From Elusimicrobiota bacterium (GTDB lineage: Bacteria > Elusimicrobiota > Elusimicrobia > UBA1565 > JACRDR01), in NCBI GenBank assembly GCA_041694815.1, contig JBGFSC010000018.1, positions 10,598 through 74,597 on the forward strand: a stretch of DNA of 64,000 nucleotides. The letters are read 5' to 3'. The notes beneath the pieces were generated by a model, which saw only the letters and a program-made list of their open reading frames with translations, ran no database searches and was not told the DNA's origin. Shown piece after piece: positions 62,168-64,000 of this stretch (the first letter of the stretch is position 1; each line of letters opens with the position of its first letter). A program made the translations under genes and the position numbers.

Positions 62168-62599
62168 GTGGCCTGGCATCTGCTGCACCCGGCGATCGTG
62201 CACTTCCCGATCGCCCTTCTGTCGTTGGGCTTCCTCGGGGCCGCCGGCGCGGCCTCGAGGAAAGGCCCTGTTTGGCTTTCGGAGGCCTCGTCCTGGTTGT
62301 TGTGGATCGGCGTCGCGACGGTTTGGCTGTCCTTCGGGTTGGGACTGCTCGCGGAGAAATTTGCGCCGCATGTCCCGGCCGCGTGGGAAGCCTTCGAACG
62401 GCACGAGGAATCGGCTTATTGGACGGCGGGGCTTTTCACCGCCGTCGCCCTGGGGCGGCTGCGCTTGCGCGGCAACGCTTCTCCGCCGGCCGAGCGCGCC
62501 CTGCTGGCGGCCTGGGCCGTGGCGCTGGCCTCGCTGTTGCGCACCGCCTACCTGGGCGGAGAACTGGTGTTCCGCTTTGGAATGGGCGTGATTCCCTAA
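62168..62599 (+). CDS. DUF2231-like membrane protein
   Basis: LHPAIVHFPIAL and TAYLGGELVF.FG.GV. Confidence 0.82.
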   Translation: MAWHLLHPAIVHFPIALLSLGFLGAAGAASRKGPVWLSEASSWLLWIGVATVWLSFGLGLLAEKFAPHVPAAWEAFERHEESAYWTAGLFTAVALGRLRLRGNASPPAERALLAAWAVALASLLRTAYLGGELVFRFGMGVIP

Positions 62600-62604
62600 A
62601 CTCC

Positions 62605-63798
62605 CTAACCGGCTCCCGCCGTGCGGCGTCGCCTCCGTCGACGGCGGCCGGTGGAAGCCGGCAGCGGCGTAGACAAAAGGTTGAGCAGCTCCGCTCCATA
62701 AAGCTCGCGCTTGCGCGGGCTCAAATGGGACAGCCAGGCGTCGGGGTCCGGCGAGCGGGCCGGGGCCTGGGCAATCTCCCGCAGGTCGTCGGTGGCGAGG
62801 ATCACGACCGTGTCGACGCCGCGCTCCTGCGCCTTCTGTTTGCGCCATTGGCGCAGCTGCTCGTAGCGCCGCATGGTGACGGTATCCCAGCGCCGTTCGG
62901 GCGTTCGGACCGGCTCCCGCTCGATGGGTTCCATCGATAAGCCTTTCTCGATGATTTCCAGCAGTTCCTTGCCGAACCGGTTGAACAGGAACGGGGTCAT
63001 GCCCTTGGTTTTCGCCATCGATTCCAAGTCCCGCGGCAGTTCGTCGGCCAGGCGTACCAGCAGGGGCTCGGGCAGCACTCGGAAAGCGGCTCGATCCATG
63101 AGCGCCGCCGTCTTTTCGCGGTAGAAGTAGAGCTCCTTGAGAACGGCGCGCCCCTGAGGGGGTAGCGCCCGCGCCCCCGGCAGGCGCCAGAAGGAGTCGG
63201 GGTCGAAGACCCTCTCGGCGGGTTGGAGCCTCGTCATGCGCTCGAACTCTTCCTGTGCGTCGTGCTCGAGGCCGCGCTTAAGGAGCTCGGCGTGCAGCTT
63301 GTCGCGCAGCGCCAGCAAGTAATGCGTGTCCATCCTGGCGTATTCCAGCTGTTCGTCGCTCAAAGGCCTCCGGCCCCAGTCGGAGCGCTGCAGTCTCTTC
63401 GACAAGACTACGTCGAAATGCTTATGGATCAGCGGGGCCAGGCCGAGCTCCTTGGAGCCTAGGATGCGCGCGGCGATCATGGTGTCGAAGAGGTTTTGCA
63501 GCTCGAAGCCGTAGTCCCGCTTCAAGCAGACGGTGTCGTATTCGGCGGCGTGGAAGACCTTCTCTACCTCCGGGTTACGGAAGAGGGGGCCCAGGGGCGA
63601 TAGGTCACGGACCATCAGCGGGTCAACGATGAAATCCTGGTCCGGGGAGGAAAGCTGCAAGAGGCATATCTTCTCGTGGTAGGAGTAGAAGCTGTCGGAC
63701 TCGAGGTCGACGGCGACCCGGTCGTAGGCTTGCAGGGCCTCGGCCAGGCGCTCAAGATCGGACAGGGTCTCGATGATCTCTGCCGGCGGAATACTCAA
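62605..63798 (-). CDS. rnd: Ribonuclease D (3'-5' exonuclease plus HRDC domains)
   Basis: AVDLESDS, CLLQL, KVFHAAEYD, LFDT and SDW..RPLS..QL.YA..D. Confidence 0.9.
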   Translation of the reverse strand: MSIPPAEIIETLSDLERLAEALQAYDRVAVDLESDSFYSYHEKICLLQLSSPDQDFIVDPLMVRDLSPLGPLFRNPEVEKVFHAAEYDTVCLKRDYGFELQNLFDTMIAARILGSKELGLAPLIHKHFDVVLSKRLQRSDWGRRPLSDEQLEYARMDTHYLLALRDKLHAELLKRGLEHDAQEEFERMTRLQPAERVFDPDSFWRLPGARALPPQGRAVLKELYFYREKTAALMDRAAFRVLPEPLLVRLADELPRDLESMAKTKGMTPFLFNRFGKELLEIIEKGLSMEPIEREPVRTPERRWDTVTMRRYEQLRQWRKQKAQERGVDTVVILATDDLREIAQAPARSPDPDAWLSHLSPRKRELYGAELLNLLSTPLPASTGRRRRRRRRTAGAG

Positions 63799-63879
63799 AC
63801 GGTGTCTCGCTTCTCGGCGGGGAACGGCCCCATAGTATTCCGGTTTTGGTCCGATTTTGTCAAGGAGTCAGTACACCAA

Positions 63880-64000
63880 TGTCGCGCGAGAATTAATATG
63901 TCCTGTTTAGCGAGAATAGAAATGTCCGGTTTTGGGTTACCCTGTTCCTCTGAAAACGGAGGGACGATCCAGAATGGACGAGGTCATCAAGATGAGCAAT
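63880..64000 (+). mobile_element. Probable left end of IS1202/ISNCY-type element with transposase start at 63974 (truncated)
   Basis: TGT terminus followed by two 18-nt repeats GCGAGAAT...A.ATGTCC (63886, 63910); GGAGG then ATG MDEVIKMSN. Confidence 0.55.

Overview
High-GC bacterial chromosome segment that contains the probable replication origin. Gene content and style (signal peptide-TPR-TM-Ser/Thr kinase, orphan receivers, exported proteins) suggest a diderm, possibly Elusimicrobiota; this is inference only. Left of the origin, on the minus strand: dnaA-dnaN-DUF721/DciA-gyrB-gyrA-hypothetical-serS-TPR protein, preceded by DUF72 and a toxin-antitoxin pair. Right of the origin, on the plus strand: hpf-hprK-rapZ, a mannose-family PTS interrupted by a GH57 gene, ptsH, ptsI, lepA, lepB, nfeD and an SIS sugar isomerase. 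Then a signalling block (TPR kinase, double ATP-grasp ligase, two receivers, tandem-PC4 protein, CNNM-CBS-EIIA fusion, two REC-GGDEF-like paralogues), a hemE-hemH-hemY operon hiding a 38-aa CxxC/CxxC microprotein, assorted housekeeping genes, and the left end of a probable IS1202/ISNCY-type element at the window edge. Most notable non-annotated signals: a 29-bp-arm palindromic element that joins an EamA transporter and an M16 peptidase in one reading frame; a second, REP-like repeat family; a phased palindromic operator at identical distance from TACAAT in two promoters; two genes that apparently need non-AUG starts; and recurring leaderless promoter geometry. No rRNA, tRNA or CRISPR array was recognised. 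All family calls come from motif recognition, not database searches.
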